DNA of 64,000 nt. It comes from a virus. The stretch spans positions 36,553 to 100,552 of the IMG/VR virus record IMGVR_UViG_3300012036_000005; one strand, 5' to 3'. The notes under the pieces are model-generated. The model made no database searches. It was not told the DNA's origin and saw only the letters and a program-made list of their open reading frames with translations. Both the position numbers and the translations under genes were made by a program. Positions 61,313-64,000 of the stretch are shown here, piece after piece. Position 1 is the first letter of the stretch; the number at the start of each line of letters is the position of its first letter.

Positions 61313-61397
61313 GCCCTCCTGGTGGAATTGGTAGACACGTCAGATTTAGGTTCTGATGCCGTAAGGTGTGGGAGTTCGAGTCTCCCGGAGGGCACCA
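61313..61397 (+). tRNA. tRNA-Leu(TAG)
   Basis: Cloverleaf, variable arm, CCA. Confidence 0.95.
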
Positions 61398-61487
61398 AAA
61401 ATTTAAAAGAAAATGTCTAAACATATCTTTGCAGCAAACGAAGATTCTCAAAAATTTAAAGGATAAAATTTTAATTTAGAATGACCA

Positions 61488-61566
61488 GAACTTGGACGGG
61501 ATCGATAATACTGTATAGACCGCACCACTGAGTTTATCGGCGGATCAAGGAACAGTATCCAAGTGA
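61488..61566 (+). ncRNA. Unknown pseudoknotted RNA motif, copy 2
   Basis: Matches the 34317-34408 core with compensatory changes. Confidence 0.7.
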
Positions 61567-62201
61567 AGTTACAATTTAATTCTTCTTGTACTCATCCTTT
61601 ACAAAAGAGGTAAATCATGAAAACTAAAGTTAAAATAATCAAAGCATCGGCGTCTGCTTATAATTATAATTATGATAATTATGATTATGATGATTATAGA
61701 CAAGTTTTTTCCCCCGCAAGTGGAGATTGGGAAGAAATAGAGCATGACGAGTTACCGGCTTTCAAAGAGGCAATAAAATTTGCCAACCTTCATAAAACAG
61801 ATAACAGTTATTATTTTCTTGTACAATACGATGAAGGTTGCAAAGAAGAGGTCTTTGCAACTGCTTCTGCATTTCGAAAAGAACAAGAAAAACAAAAAGA
61901 ACGTATCGAAAAGAAAAAGGCAGAAGATAAAATAAAAAAAGAAGCTCGATCAAAAGAACGCAAGCTCAAACAATTAGAAAAGCTTAAGAGAGAACTAGGA
62001 GAAAAAGAATGAAAGATCCAAAGATAGAAAACGGAGTAAATTCATTAATCCTAGTAATAAAAGAACTCAATCAACAGATTTCAGATTTAGAAAAACAAGG
62101 GGTTAAAGTCATCATTGCAAAAGATGGTCCGGTCCATTCCCCATTTAGAGTACAATCTGTTACAACGATCACTTCCTATCTAGACGATTAAAATCATTCC
62201 T

Positions 62202-64000
62202 ATGAAGAATGGATTGATAATAAACGAAAACGGAACTCGTTATTGGTATCAAAATGGCCTTCGTCACAGAGAAGATGGACCTGCTATCGAATACACAAAT
62301 GGAGAACGTCGTTGGTATTTAAATGGGTTTCTTCATAGAGAAGATGGGCCTGCTATCGAATACACAAATGGAGATCGTTATTGGTATTTAAATGATAAAA
62401 GTTATTCATTTGACATTTACCTAAATAAACTGTATATTAAAGACTGTGCAAAAAAAACATTGCTTATGTTAAAATGGAGTAGTCGATGAAAAATGGACTT
62501 TTGATAGAAGAAGATAGCGCTCGTCGCTGGTATCAAAATGGCCTTCGTCACAGAGAAGATGGACCTGCTATCGAACGGGCAAATGGAGATCATCGTTGGT
62601 ATTTAAATGATAAAAGTTATTCATTTGAAGAATATGTGAATAAGGTCTATCCAAATGATTCTCCTAAAAAGACATTGTTCATCTTAAAATGGAGCAGTCA
62701 ATGAAAAATGGACTTGTGATAGACAAAGAAGGAAGCCATCGCTGGTATCAAAATGGCCAACTTCACAGAGAAGATAGTCCAGCCGTTGAATATGTAGACG
62801 GAGATCGTTGTTGGTATCAAAATGACCAACTTCATAGAACGGATGGACCGGCTGTTGAATGGGCAAACGGAAATCATCATTGGTGGTATTTAAATGGAAT
62901 ACAACATGCGTTTGAAGAATACGTGAATAAGATCTATCCAAATGATTCTCCTAAAAAGACATTGTTCATCTTAAAATGGAGCAGTCAATGAAAAATGGAC
63001 TTGTGATAGCCAACGATGGCGCTCGTTCTTGGCATCAAAATGACCGACTTCACAGAACCGGCGGACCAGCCCTTGAATTTGTTGATGGAACTCGTTATTG
63101 GTATCAAAATGGCCAACTTCATAGAACGGATGGACCGGCTGTTGAATGGGCAAGTGGAGGTCGTTGTTGGTTTTTAAATGATTTAGAATATTCGTTTGAA
63201 GAATATGTGAATAAGATCTATCTAGATGGTACTAAAGAAAAAACATTCTTTATCTTAAAATGGAGCAGTTGATGAAGAATATATGTGTAACAGACGAAGA
63301 AGGAACTCGTCGTTGGTTTCAAAATGGTCAACATCACAGAACTGATGGACCGGCCATTGAATGGGCAAATGGAACTCGTCACTGGTTACAAAATAATCAA
63401 TATCATAGAACGGACGGACCGGCTGTTGAATGGGCAAATGGAAACCGTTATTGGTACCAAAACAACCAACATCATAGAACGGATGGCCCTGCTATCGAAC
63501 GGGCAAATGGAACTCGTCGTTGGTTTTTAGAAGCTGTAGAACATTCGTTTGAAGAATACGTGAATAAGATCTATCCAAATGATTGTTCTAAAAAAACATT
63601 GTTCATCTTAAAATGGAGTAGTCGATGAAAAATGGATTAGAGATAGATAAAAATGGAAATCGTCGTTGGTATCAAAATGGATTTCTTCATAGAGAAGATG
63701 GGCCAGCCCTTGAATACGTAGGCGGCGATCGTTTTTGGTATCAAAATGGCGAACTTCACAGAACGGACGGACCAGCTGTTGAACGAGCAGATGGAGATCT
63801 TTTTTGGTTTCAAAATGACCAACATCATAGAACGGATGGACCGGCTGTTGAAGTTTTAAATGGGGCTTATTCTTGGCATTTAAATAATAGAAGATATTCG
63901 TTTGAGGAATATGTAGATCAAATCTATCCAAATAATACTAAAGAAAAAACACTCTTTATCTTAAAATGGAGCAAATGATAAAAAACGGATATGTGATAGA
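62202..64000 (+). repeat. Tandem array of at least 7 paralogous genes with WYQNG.LHR.DGPA.E repeats (62202, 62486, 62701, 62988, 63272, 63625, partial 63975)
   Basis: 1-3 repeat units each; shared MKNG start and KKTLFILKWS end; stop/start coupling. Confidence 0.92.

Noticed and set aside
62202-64000. CRISPR array or DGR template/variable repeats
   Set aside because: The repeats are in-frame coding units, differences are not adenine-restricted, and no reverse transcriptase is in the window.

Overview
AT-rich, densely coded segment of a large (jumbo, T4-like-promoter) tailed phage genome. The host is probably alphaproteobacterial, judging from the circularly permuted tmRNA and the HemO/PcyX-type bilin pair. 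1-33 kb holds accessory and metabolic genes: nrdB tail, glutaredoxin, PAAR, VWA, SleB hydrolase, bS21, Hsp20, ClpS, heme oxygenase plus bilin reductase, TilS, PTH2, Rnl1 plus phosphatase, NadM-Nudix plus NAMPT, Rnl2-family ligase and a SET protein. 33.4-61.4 kb is a dispersed array of 35 recognisable tRNA genes covering all 20 amino acids plus an amber suppressor. It is interleaved with a two-piece tmRNA, a GOLLD-like RNA carrying a CUA-anticodon tRNA, a release factor interrupted by an in-frame UGA, CCA-adding enzyme, ClpP, UvsE, putative virion-packaged enzymes and many unexplained structured RNAs. Most striking: (i) a small RNA reproducing the 23S rRNA L11-binding GTPase-associated centre (H43/H44); (ii) three Y-RNA-like hairpin RNAs in tandem before a helical/TerD-domain protein; (iii) a two-copy, covarying pseudoknotted RNA; (iv) a shared two-hairpin leader on both NAD salvage genes. 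The window ends in a tandem array of LHRxDGPA-repeat paralogues. All calls are by eye and motif recall; no database searches were run.
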